Notes: a model not told the origin generated them from the letters alone. A stretch of 36,061 nucleotides of DNA from Candidatus Methanomethylophilaceae archaeon (GCA_007116915.1 SKHQ01000099.1:1-36061); one strand, 5' to 3'. Positions 18,004 through 26,790 are shown, counted from the stretch's first letter. Translations and numbers: made by a program.

Positions 18004-18603
18004 ATGAAAAATTATTTATCCGAGGGCGAGGACTTTGTGGGGATGTCAGACAACATACACGTACTGGCCGTTTCGAAGACCGGGGACAACGGTTTTCCGA
18101 TCGACCAGGTGGTCGAGGTGGCCGTCTTCAAGGTCGATTTGTCGGCCAATATGATGGAGTCCGTCTACGATAAGGTGGTCAGACAGGACACCTCCGTATG
18201 GTCGGAGGAGGTCAAGGCCCACGTCCAAGACGTTTACGGGGTCAGTACAGAGGACGTCGAGAAGGGCATGGACGAGGATGATGTTGCGAAAGACCTTCGG
18301 GAATTACTGCAAGGCGAGACCATAACCGCCTTCGATGTCAAGTCTGATTTCATGGGACATCTCAAGAACGAACCCTACGCTCTGGCAAGGAAAGTGGAGG
18401 TTAGTTCCGCGATATCTTCCAGATCATCATTCTTATACAGAATACCGTCCAAACAGACCTCGGGAACCGAGGGGCTGAGGATTAGTTACAAAGCGATATT
18501 GCCGGACGATCCCGCCGCTGCCGGTGACTTGGCCGGTGCCTATGAGGATGCGGCCCGTGCATCAGCGATACTCCTAGAGCTGCACCAGCGTGGCCTCTAT
18601 TGA
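18004..18603 (+). CDS. Degenerate (probably catalytically inactive) paralog of the DEDDh exonuclease at 9264-9851
   Basis: It aligns along its whole length with the 195-aa exonuclease; shared segments include NGFP.D.VV.VAV and SxxLLELxxRGxY. ExoI is VLAVSKTG instead of VLDTETTG, and ExoIII is GAYEDAA instead of HRAMEDA. The more likely start is ATG 18043 (MSDNIHVLAV), which has the A/T box AAAAATTATTTAT ~29 nt upstream. Confidence 0.75.
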   Translation: MKNYLSEGEDFVGMSDNIHVLAVSKTGDNGFPIDQVVEVAVFKVDLSANMMESVYDKVVRQDTSVWSEEVKAHVQDVYGVSTEDVEKGMDEDDVAKDLRELLQGETITAFDVKSDFMGHLKNEPYALARKVEVSSAISSRSSFLYRIPSKQTSGTEGLRISYKAILPDDPAAAGDLAGAYEDAARASAILLELHQRGLY

Positions 18604-18622
18604 AACCTGCTAACATTTTTAT

Positions 18623-19039
18623 ATGTTCCAGAGTGGATATACCTCCATGGCTAAGACACAGTTCCGTTTCTCCCGGATCGTGGCGATAAAATTCCTGAGT
18701 TTGTTCATGGGAGGCGTGCTGGTTTTGACCGGCATTCTGCATCAATTCAACCCTGAGTTCCTCAATCTTAATCACGGCCTAGGACTGGGTTTTCTCGCAG
18801 TATTGCTGCCTATGCTACTGGGACTTTTGATGGTCATCTACGGAGTGGGCATATGGATGGGGTTCATTGAAGGAAGGTCGGAGATGTTCTACGTCGGCAT
18901 CGCCCTATACGCCCTGATGGCCGTCCTGGGGTTGCTAGCCTATTACGAGGGTCTTATACTGACGGCGATCGGAGTGTTCGTGGTATTCGGTTTCCTGAAC
19001 TGCAACCAGCTCAAACGTTATTTCGGGGTTTTAAAATAG
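18623..19039 (+). CDS. Small polytopic membrane protein, paralog 1 of 3
   Basis: It has about four hydrophobic helices. The likely start is M9 (MAKTQFRF, 18647), which parallels MAKRPF of the next gene. The C-terminus LKRYFGV resembles those of paralogs 2 and 3. Confidence 0.6.
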   Translation: MFQSGYTSMAKTQFRFSRIVAIKFLSLFMGGVLVLTGILHQFNPEFLNLNHGLGLGFLAVLLPMLLGLLMVIYGVGIWMGFIEGRSEMFYVGIALYALMAVLGLLAYYEGLILTAIGVFVVFGFLNCNQLKRYFGVLK

Positions 19040-19092
19040 ACTGGCTCTACTCATAATAATATATTTATATATTCAATTGCAGTTATTAGGTC

Positions 19093-19455
19093 ATGGCTAA
19101 GAGACCTTTTCTCATAACCTTGATAGGCGTTTTGTATCTGTTGATGGGACTATCGATGATTGCCGGAGGTATAGGCGTAGCGTTCCTGGACCTCTCTGTA
19201 CTGGACCCTGATATGGCAGGCGCGGGCGCGGTCATAGGAGGAGGCGTTCTGGTATTCGGAATCATACTCCTGATAATCGCATACGGTTTCCTGAAGGGAT
19301 GGTCGATCATGTGGTATCTGGGTGTTATATTCTCCGCCCTTGGAGCCCTTGGTTCGTTGTTCGCCCTGCCTGAAGCAATATTCATGCTGGTGATTAACGC
19401 CGTCATACTCTACTACCTGTTCCGTCCTCAGGTCAAGAATTTTTTCAAGGTCTAG
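19093..19455 (+). CDS. Small polytopic membrane protein, paralog 2 of 3
   Basis: A 120-aa protein with about 4 TM helices. Its N-terminus (LITLIGVLYLLMGLSMIAGG) and C-terminus (YYLFRPQVKNFF) match the next gene. Confidence 0.7.
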   Translation: MAKRPFLITLIGVLYLLMGLSMIAGGIGVAFLDLSVLDPDMAGAGAVIGGGVLVFGIILLIIAYGFLKGWSIMWYLGVIFSALGALGSLFALPEAIFMLVINAVILYYLFRPQVKNFFKV

Positions 19456-19519
19456 CGGTTATTCCTTTTTTCCGTAATCGCTCAGAAACCTTTTTCTCTT
19501 TAACCACCTAATCATTACT

Positions 19520-19903
19520 GTGGATGAAAGACCGATCTTGGTGACTTTGGTGGGCACGCTTCTGCTCGTTATAGGATTCCTAAGCATCCTGGAAGGTTAT
19601 ATGGTCATCCAGAATGAGAGTACCTTGCTCGGCATGGACCCCTTCTCTCTCGGAATATTCAGCCTGCTGGTTGGTCTGGCACTAATGATATGCGGCCTTG
19701 CCGCATTCTATGGTAATTTCTTTTTCTGGTACCTAACCTTGGCCATTTGTTTTGTTGCTCTGATAAACTCCGTACTGATGGTACCGGAGGGGTTGGTCCG
19801 TTTTGTATTGATTTTGATTGTGCTCACTTATATAACGAGGCCTCAGGTCAAAGAGCATTTCGGCATCAATAACCAAGGGTCAACGAAATCTTATTCCCGA
19901 TGA
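19520..19903 (+). CDS. Small polytopic membrane protein, paralog 3 of 3
   Basis: A 127-aa protein with a GTG start. LVTLVGTLLLVIGFLSILEG and YITRPQVKEHF mirror paralog 2. Confidence 0.7.
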   Translation: MDERPILVTLVGTLLLVIGFLSILEGYMVIQNESTLLGMDPFSLGIFSLLVGLALMICGLAAFYGNFFFWYLTLAICFVALINSVLMVPEGLVRFVLILIVLTYITRPQVKEHFGINNQGSTKSYSR

Positions 19904-20293
19904 CCATTCGATGGTACCGAGATTGGCGAGCATCCACATCTCCAAGGCCTGCATCGCGAATGCGCCCAGCCAGACTATGGACATCATGACGAGACATACA
20001 ATAGTCAGAATCAAGAACCAACCATATGCCAATGCGACCAATATCGATGTCAGAAGAATCCCGGTGGCCATAAGATAAAGTCCCCGTTCAGTGAAACCCA
20101 TATAGATATGACCGACGCCCCATAGACCGATTATGCCGGGGAACAATGCGAGTATCAATCCTATCTTCGGATTTCTGACCGGAGCCTCCTTCTTTGCCAC
20201 CGGTGGCGCACGTGGTATCTCACGGTAACATTTCGGACAGGTTATCGAGTTCTCCGGAACCGGAGACATACAGTGACGACATCTCTTGGTCAT
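19880..20293 (-). CDS. Zinc-ribbon membrane protein
   Basis: The N-terminus has CRHC-x11-CPKC, followed by three hydrophobic helices and a GxGHxYxG-like motif (WGVGHIYMGF). The 3' end overlaps the convergent gene by 24 nt. Confidence 0.7.
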   Translation of the reverse strand: MTKRCRHCMSPVPENSITCPKCYREIPRAPPVAKKEAPVRNPKIGLILALFPGIIGLWGVGHIYMGFTERGLYLMATGILLTSILVALAYGWFLILTIVCLVMMSIVWLGAFAMQALEMWMLANLGTIEWSSGIRFR

Positions 20294-20312
20294 GGGTTGT
20301 AAGACTCCGCCT

Positions 20313-20756
20313 TCATTTCATTTTGTCAGGATCCAATCTGACCGCTAATCCTTGAAAGGTCGCCACATGTCTGTCGTTATCGTGGATCAGTACCTCATAC
20401 AACGCGTGGTTGCGGGTGGAGTTGATCTTCCTGGAGGTGGCTTTTATTCTATCCCCAAGTGCAGGCCTGTGATATGATATATTACAACTGAGGGCCACCC
20501 ACACATCGCTTTCTAGATTGGATGATAATGCGAAGGCCTCATCGGCCAGAGTGAATATTGCGCCTCCGTGTCCGGTTTCGATGCTGTTCCGCCTACCCTT
20601 CAAAGGCATGGACACCACAGCGCTTTCGGATGATAGACTTTCCAGCTCTATCCCCGTTGTGATAACGAACTCGCTGGACATGAGCTTCCTGGCGCGTACA
20701 CGGCTACCTTCGGGGAGATCGGGATGGAAGCACTCCTCATTCATGTTGCATACCAT
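20313..20756 (-). CDS. PaaI/hotdog-fold thioesterase
   Basis: A 147-aa protein with the characteristic HGGAIFTLADEAF segment. Confidence 0.85.
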   Translation of the reverse strand: MVCNMNEECFHPDLPEGSRVRARKLMSSEFVITTGIELESLSSESAVVSMPLKGRRNSIETGHGGAIFTLADEAFALSSNLESDVWVALSCNISYHRPALGDRIKATSRKINSTRNHALYEVLIHDNDRHVATFQGLAVRLDPDKMK

Positions 20757-20822
20757 GTATTACCTCCATATAAAAGTTTGAATGAAAGGGTTTAACATTC
20801 TGCAATCCCTTGACTGAATGAG

Positions 20823-22184
20823 ATGGAAACTACGCTGGTCAAAGGAAAGGCCGTGAGCGATCCGGTGAGCGTCACCGATTTCAACTCCATCGCCCGCCGA
20901 ATTCTGGTTAACTGTGATTCACTCAATGACGTTTGGGTGCGAGGGGAGATCTCCAATCTGATACGGGCATCCTCTGGCCATTATTATTTCACCATGAAGG
21001 ATGGCGGAAGCGAATTGCGTTGCACACTTTTCCGTGGTGTTGCCCAACGACTCACCAAACCTCCTCAGGATAAGGAAGAGGTGGTCGCCAAAGGCTCAGC
21101 CGACCTATACCTGGCCCGAGGCTCTTACCAATTCAACATAACCGACCTAAAGCCCGTGGGTGTCGGGGACCTACATGCCAAGTTCGAGGAATTGAAGAGA
21201 AGGTTGATGGAGGAGGGGCTTTTTGATGAAAGCCACAAACGCCCATTGCCCCGATACCCGGACACCATAGGCGTCGTCACCTCAGCGACCGGCTCGGTGA
21301 TCAGGGACATCATCAACGTTGCGTCGAGACGGTACCCCTGCCGCATCATACTTGCTCCGGCCCAGGTCCAGGGTTCGGGATCCTCGGACTCCATCGTGAA
21401 GGCTATGTCGCTCCTCCTCAGGTACGGTGTGGACCTTATGATAGTGGGTAGGGGAGGCGGTTCACTGGAGGATCTGTGGCCATTCAATGAAGAGTCGGTA
21501 GCCAGGGCGATATACTCCTGCCCGGTCCCGGTGATATCCGCGGTCGGACACGAGACCGACTATTCCATATCCGACTTCGTTGCCGACAGACGTGCCGAGA
21601 CACCATCGGCGGCCGCGGAGATGGCACTGCCGGATCTAGGGCTTGAGAAAAGGCATCTACTGCAGTTGGCCTCCAAGGGCGATAGGGCACTGATGCGTTC
21701 ATCTGAATCGGCCCATCGGGAATTCTTGTCACTGGACCGCATGCTGGCTCCAAAACGTGCCCAAGAAAGGTTGGAACAGATGATGCAAAGGGTAGACGAC
21801 CTCGATGATGACATGGTCCGCAGCGTCAAGATGAGGGGCGAGAGGCTTGTCAGCCGCATAGATGGTTTGAGATATCGTCTATCACCAGTTCATGCCAAGC
21901 TTATGATCGATGGTGCGAAGAGGGATCTGGATCAGAAGTATGAGCGTTCGGACGCTCTTGTGAGTGTCCGATTGAATGAGGCGTCAACAAGGCTCCAGAG
22001 CCTGGAGGGATCCATGAATGCTCTGGACCCTATCAAGGTACTCGACCGTGGATACTGTATCGTCATCGGGCCTGACGGCAGACCGGTTTCGAGCATAGAC
22101 GATGTTATGCTGACCGATATGGTGAGGATGAGGCTTCAGGACGGTTACCTGAGTGCAGAGATCAAGGATAAGGAGATTTTATGA
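20823..22184 (+). CDS. xseA: Exodeoxyribonuclease VII large subunit
   Basis: It has an N-terminal OB-fold region (VWVRGEISNLIRASSGHYYFTMKD....LRCTLFRG), a catalytic core (GVVTSATGSVIRDI, RGGGSLEDLWPFN, GHETD) and a long helical C-terminus. Confidence 0.9.
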   Translation: METTLVKGKAVSDPVSVTDFNSIARRILVNCDSLNDVWVRGEISNLIRASSGHYYFTMKDGGSELRCTLFRGVAQRLTKPPQDKEEVVAKGSADLYLARGSYQFNITDLKPVGVGDLHAKFEELKRRLMEEGLFDESHKRPLPRYPDTIGVVTSATGSVIRDIINVASRRYPCRIILAPAQVQGSGSSDSIVKAMSLLLRYGVDLMIVGRGGGSLEDLWPFNEESVARAIYSCPVPVISAVGHETDYSISDFVADRRAETPSAAAEMALPDLGLEKRHLLQLASKGDRALMRSSESAHREFLSLDRMLAPKRAQERLEQMMQRVDDLDDDMVRSVKMRGERLVSRIDGLRYRLSPVHAKLMIDGAKRDLDQKYERSDALVSVRLNEASTRLQSLEGSMNALDPIKVLDRGYCIVIGPDGRPVSSIDDVMLTDMVRMRLQDGYLSAEIKDKEIL

Positions 22185-22411
22185 TGGAAGAGGAGAAGAA
22201 AGAGATAGCGTTCGAGGAGGCCCTGGCCGAACTCGAGTCGCTGGTTCAGAAGCTGGATGAGGGCGACCTCGGTCTTGAGGAGAGTCTTGAGGTCTATGAG
22301 AGGGCTGTCGAGTTGAGGGACCTTTGCCGTAAGCGCCTGGAAGAGTATGACCGCCGCGTCAGCAAGTTGATGGAGAAGGACGAGGACCTGGAAGTAGAGG
22401 ATTTCGACTGA
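22181..22411 (+). CDS. xseB: Exodeoxyribonuclease VII small subunit
   Basis: A 76-aa helical protein (FEEALAELESLVQKLDEGDLGLEESLEVYERAVEL). It overlaps xseA in an ATGA start/stop junction. Confidence 0.9.
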   Translation: MMEEEKKEIAFEEALAELESLVQKLDEGDLGLEESLEVYERAVELRDLCRKRLEEYDRRVSKLMEKDEDLEVEDFD

Positions 22412-23305
22412 TCATTCCCACAGGTGGAGGCCGTTGTCCTCTCCCCATTCTTTTATGGCCGCATACAGTTCGGTGCTGTGGAAATCCTCCCGTGTGTAAG
22501 ATAGTCTCAGAGTCCCGGAAAGCATCCCCTGGTTCATCGAGCGGGCATTGTAAAGACCTATAGACTCCCGTAGAGCCAACAGTAGGATGCTTACCATATC
22601 GTGTCCCCGGCATATGACCCACGGATCATAATTCTTCTTAAGTTCGACCTCGAGGTCCTGATGTACGGTTCTTTTGTTGGCGTTGCTATGGCCTGACAAT
22701 GAGAATATATGATCGACCATCCTTTTGTTGTCAGCCGATATCTTGGCGGTATCAACGAAGCTACGATGGTTTATATCCCGGAAAGAAAGGTTATAATCCT
22801 TCTTCATGGACAGGAACATCAGCATTCCCAAGGGATAGGAGGACTTCATTATCGCATCCTTGACGGAATCGCCAGTCCTTTGCTTGAATCTTGCCATCTC
22901 ATCACGGTCACCATACTCCCAAAGTACGGAGTCCAGTGCCGATGAACGCATGAGTGCAGTCTCAAGATCGTGGCAATCAGTGACGAAGAGATGTTCATCG
23001 AATTTCTTGCCTAGAAGTAGGTCGTAATCCTGGTCCACTATGCCTGAGGTCAGACCATCGCCTCGGGTGTCGGCCATCTCCCGCACAGTTTTCCTCACAT
23101 TGTCCTTGGAGTGAGCTATGACAACTTGACACTCAGAGGGGTTGGTGAATTTCCCATATAGGCGCGAATCGGTGACGCCTTCGACGACAAGGAATGCACC
23201 GCGGTACTTGGATCGCCGCATTGACATCTCGTTGGCGACCTCATAAGGCTGGATGTGCCTTCTCAATTCAAACCACCAGTTCCACGGTGAGGTCCCAACG
23301 GTCAT
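22412..23305 (-). CDS. DUF4435/TOPRIM (OLD-like, AriB/RloB-like) putative nuclease
   Basis: The TOPRIM Glu motif is FLVVEGVTDSRLY and the DxD motif is GIVDQDYD. The protein is 297 aa. It overlaps the upstream ATPase gene by 38 nt if M1 is the start; M27 at 23227 is an alternative. Confidence 0.8.
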   Translation of the reverse strand: MTVGTSPWNWWFELRRHIQPYEVANEMSMRRSKYRGAFLVVEGVTDSRLYGKFTNPSECQVVIAHSKDNVRKTVREMADTRGDGLTSGIVDQDYDLLLGKKFDEHLFVTDCHDLETALMRSSALDSVLWEYGDRDEMARFKQRTGDSVKDAIMKSSYPLGMLMFLSMKKDYNLSFRDINHRSFVDTAKISADNKRMVDHIFSLSGHSNANKRTVHQDLEVELKKNYDPWVICRGHDMVSILLLALRESIGLYNARSMNQGMLSGTLRLSYTREDFHSTELYAAIKEWGEDNGLHLWE

Positions 23306-24308
23306 GGACTACCTGTGGCGAGTGTGTAGCCATTATCACCTGGAGGTCCCTAGTCCTACCGATACTCAAGAATAGGGAGGCTATACACTGCTGCCAGGTT
23401 ATGTGCAGGGAAATCTCCGGTTCATCGATTATGACCAGTCCGCCGGGCGTGGCCTCGAACATCATGGTGTACAATAATAACAGAAGTTGCTTCTCACCGG
23501 AGGACAGCTTGGATAACTTTATGACCTTGCCCTCATCGAGAATCACGTTGAAACCGTCATGGGAATCGAAACTGAGTTTCTTCCGGAACAACATTGGATT
23601 GATTATATCGAGTAGTGCCACTGCGCTCTCTGCCAAAGGATAAAGGGCATCTGCCACCTTGGAGAGCCGGTACAGACCCTTGAGTTGTGATTTAGACCAA
23701 TGGGAGGGTTCATTGTCGAGTATTTCGGCTACAATACTTTCGTCGATTATTTCAGGCATGAGGCCGGCGTTTTCTGCCATTTTGATCCTTGCCTTCACCT
23801 CATGGAGTTTTGAATGCGGATCGGGCGCAAACCCTTCGCTCAGAGTCTCATCCTCGGAACTCACCCAAAGGCCTTCCGCCATCGATATGAACTCTGCGTA
23901 TGTGTCGCCGATTCGGCGTGAATAAGCGTCCAACGCCGAAACGTATCTTCCTTCTGATTCCTCGATGAACAATCGTTGCGGTCCCAGGTAGTAAACTGAG
24001 TGTAATTCTGTAACCTCCTCTTTTGTCATCGGTATCATATTTCCAGAGTCGAGTAGCGTGACCTCCATCACCTCATCCTTGAGGAAGACCAGTTTCCTAC
24101 CCTCATCGAAACCGAATTCAAGACGATGGAAAGGAATCATATCCAACTCCTCCCAATCACCGTTGAAGGCCAGACACACCATCTTGACCAGGGTGCTCTT
24201 ACCGAGTCCGTTCGGAGAGTGGACTATTGTCAGACCGTCCTCTTTCAGCTCTATCATGTGGTTGAACCGCGCGAACAGACCATCGACCTTAATCCAGTTC
24301 AGTTTCAT
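23268..24308 (-). CDS. ABC/SMC-type ATPase (AAA_15/AAA_21-like, AriA/AbiLi-like)
   Basis: Motifs seen: Walker A (SPNGLGKST), ABC signature (LSSGEKQ), Walker B (LVIIDEPEISLH) and H-loop (MATHSP). The protein is 346 aa. Confidence 0.85.
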   Translation of the reverse strand: MKLNWIKVDGLFARFNHMIELKEDGLTIVHSPNGLGKSTLVKMVCLAFNGDWEELDMIPFHRLEFGFDEGRKLVFLKDEVMEVTLLDSGNMIPMTKEEVTELHSVYYLGPQRLFIEESEGRYVSALDAYSRRIGDTYAEFISMAEGLWVSSEDETLSEGFAPDPHSKLHEVKARIKMAENAGLMPEIIDESIVAEILDNEPSHWSKSQLKGLYRLSKVADALYPLAESAVALLDIINPMLFRKKLSFDSHDGFNVILDEGKVIKLSKLSSGEKQLLLLLYTMMFEATPGGLVIIDEPEISLHITWQQCIASLFLSIGRTRDLQVIMATHSPQVVHDRWDLTVELVV

Positions 24309-24378
24309 CTTATCCTCAGTTGTTTGCTTTTAGATTGATAAAAGGTTTATGCCACTGACTGAGAGGCCGTGAGAATAA

Positions 24379-25257
24379 ATGAGGATAAGAACAAATACAC
24401 GTAAGTTCTCGAGCCTGGTCATGGAGGAGAATGACGCCCGATTCCGAAGGGTGAGTGCCCTTTTGGGCCGTAAGGAACTGCAGGAGGCCTATGTGGAGGT
24501 CGAACGCATTGTCAACTCCTCTCGTCTTCATCCGTTCATATTGATGAAATGTGCCGCTCTGCTTCTCACTGTCAATAAAAAAGAGAGGAGTGATGAGGTC
24601 GCATCCATGGCCATGGACTGTACTTTGCACGATGATTCCGAAATCGTTCAACTGGCAATTGCATTGAGAGGATTGGGCAGATACAAGGATTCCCTGTCAC
24701 TGTTGGATAGGGTCGATAAGAACCATTCCGGCCTTGACATGGAGAAGGCGAAGACCCTGGCGGCATCCGGCGATGCACATTCCTGTCTCGACATTCTGGA
24801 TTCTATTGACGGTATCGAAGCCGATATTGTTAGATGCGAAGCCCTTTCCCGACTTGGATCTCATGAATCAGCGATAGGGCTCGCGCAAAAAACCATGGAC
24901 CTCCGCGGGCTGGATTATGAGACAGGATCCCTGTTACTGGGGGCAATGTTGAGGGCGGGCTCCGTCAAAGAGGCTAAACGACTGGCAAACTCTATGGTCA
25001 AGGATGCCAAGGACGCTGACAGTCTCGCCCTGAAATCATACGTGATGCGGATAAACGGCCGCATACCCGCTGCAATGAACTATGCGAATCAATCCCTACT
25101 AAAGGAACCTCGCCACATCGGTGCATTGTGGAACCTGGCCTTATGTCTTTTAGAGAAGGGCAGGAAGGAGGAGGCCAAGCTATTGGCGGGGGCGATAAAC
25201 GAAGCTTCCCCTGCAAGCCCTCATGTGTTGGAGATCCTCGATCTTTGCAACCAGTGA
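24379..25257 (+). CDS. TPR-like repeat protein
   Basis: A 292-aa all-helical protein with a repetitive A/L/G-rich ~34-residue periodicity. It is divergent from the ATPase gene across a 70-bp A/T-rich spacer. Confidence 0.55.
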   Translation: MRIRTNTRKFSSLVMEENDARFRRVSALLGRKELQEAYVEVERIVNSSRLHPFILMKCAALLLTVNKKERSDEVASMAMDCTLHDDSEIVQLAIALRGLGRYKDSLSLLDRVDKNHSGLDMEKAKTLAASGDAHSCLDILDSIDGIEADIVRCEALSRLGSHESAIGLAQKTMDLRGLDYETGSLLLGAMLRAGSVKEAKRLANSMVKDAKDADSLALKSYVMRINGRIPAAMNYANQSLLKEPRHIGALWNLALCLLEKGRKEEAKLLAGAINEASPASPHVLEILDLCNQ

Positions 25258-25260
25258 ACA

Positions 25261-26790
25261 CTATTTATTCAACTTCTTGGATCGATGACTGTGCCTCTTG
25301 AACTCCTTCCAGAAGGCAGGGGTCAAGAGTACGAAGACGGTTATCAACTCAAGACGACCGGCCCACATCGCAAATATCAAAGTGACCTTAGCGACGGGGT
25401 TCATCCAAGCATAGTCTCCATATGGTCCGACAGCGCCCATACCTGGGCCATGGTTTGATATACACGCTGCCACGGCACTGAACGACTCGGTCACAGGCAC
25501 TCCTGTCGCCAATAGTATGAACGTGGCGCCTATCAGGGTGGCGGTAAAAAGCAGGACCATGGCGATGGTTACAGCGACGGCGTCATCGCTTACCGACTTG
25601 CCATCCATCTTCATCGATATGACCGCACGTGGATGGATCTGCCTCAGCATCCCTTGGTAGAGATACTTAAGCGCAACGACGGCCCGCGACATCTTCAGAC
25701 CTCCGGCGGTGGAGCCGCTGCTGGCTCCGACCAACATTATCACCAGGATTATCATCTGAATGAAGACCGGCCAGGCATTGTAATCATCAACAGCGAATCC
25801 GGTCGATGTGAACGCGGACATGATGTGGAAGGCGGAATATCTGAGTGTTTCCTCGCCCTCGTTGAGAAGGTTGAAACCGTCCATGTGGAAATTCAACGCC
25901 AGGAATGTGAAGGTTGTCAAGATGATGGCTATCAGAGCGAATGTCCTGAATTCCGTGCTCTCCACGTATGCCTTCGGTTCACGTTGATATAAAGTTCGGT
26001 AATGAAGGTAGAAGTTGGTTGCCCCTAGGAACATGAACAGGATCACTATCCATTGGATTCCGGGACTGAAGTTTGCAAGGCTGTCCGAATGGGGCGAGAA
26101 TCCTCCGGTGGACATCGTTGAGAACATCAGAGTCAACGAATCGTAGAATGACTCTCCCATCAGTAGTATGATGATCACGAGACAACCGGATAGTAGGAGA
26201 TAGATATTGTGGAACTCCTTGGCCGCCTCCTGTATCCTGAATGTGAAATTGTGCACGTCCATCCCGGGGAATTCGTTCTTGAATAGGTTCCTTCCTCCGA
26301 TGCCTAACATCGGTAAGATGGTCACGAAGACCATTATGATACCGGCACCGCCCAACCATTGCGTGAAACTCCTCCACAGCAGGAGACTGGCCGGCCAACT
26401 CTCGATGCTCGTCATGATTGTCGCCCCGGTGGTTGTGAAACCGCTCATGCTCTCAAAACAAGCGTCCAAAAATCCCATTCCGGCTATTATGTATGGTATG
26501 GCACCGACGAACATCGCGATTATCCAGGCTCCCGACACCAGGAAAATACCCTCCACAGGACGCAGCGCCTGACTGGGACTACAGAAGGTTATCAACGGTA
26601 TGGCTATCAGTAGGCAGATGATTAGGGGCACGATGAACATCGTGAGATCTTCAGCATAGACATAGGCGGTAATGAGGGGGACGAGGAGGGCTACTGCCAG
26701 ATATAAAAGAATGACTCCTGTCAGATATGCCAAGCTATTCTCGTATACCGAGAACCTGGCCATCATACCTTTTTCTTTGGCCATCATCAT
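25261..26790 (-). CDS. trkH: Trk/Ktr-type potassium uptake membrane subunit
   Basis: A 509-aa polytopic protein with four P-loop-like selectivity motifs (TTTGAT, STGGFS, TSTGFA, NHGPGMG). It lies immediately downstream of trkA. Confidence 0.9.
   Translation of the reverse strand: MMMAKEKGMMARFSVYENSLAYLTGVILLYLAVALLVPLITAYVYAEDLTMFIVPLIICLLIAIPLITFCSPSQALRPVEGIFLVSGAWIIAMFVGAIPYIIAGMGFLDACFESMSGFTTTGATIMTSIESWPASLLLWRSFTQWLGGAGIIMVFVTILPMLGIGGRNLFKNEFPGMDVHNFTFRIQEAAKEFHNIYLLLSGCLVIIILLMGESFYDSLTLMFSTMSTGGFSPHSDSLANFSPGIQWIVILFMFLGATNFYLHYRTLYQREPKAYVESTEFRTFALIAIILTTFTFLALNFHMDGFNLLNEGEETLRYSAFHIMSAFTSTGFAVDDYNAWPVFIQMIILVIMLVGASSGSTAGGLKMSRAVVALKYLYQGMLRQIHPRAVISMKMDGKSVSDDAVAVTIAMVLLFTATLIGATFILLATGVPVTESFSAVAACISNHGPGMGAVGPYGDYAWMNPVAKVTLIFAMWAGRLELITVFVLLTPAFWKEFKRHSHRSKKLNK

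Noticed and set aside
25633-26613. Alternative-frame ORFs (119-139 aa) overlapping trkH
   Set aside because: They are embedded in the TrkH coding sequence, which shows four selectivity-filter-like motifs and continuous TM helices. There is no independent support for them.
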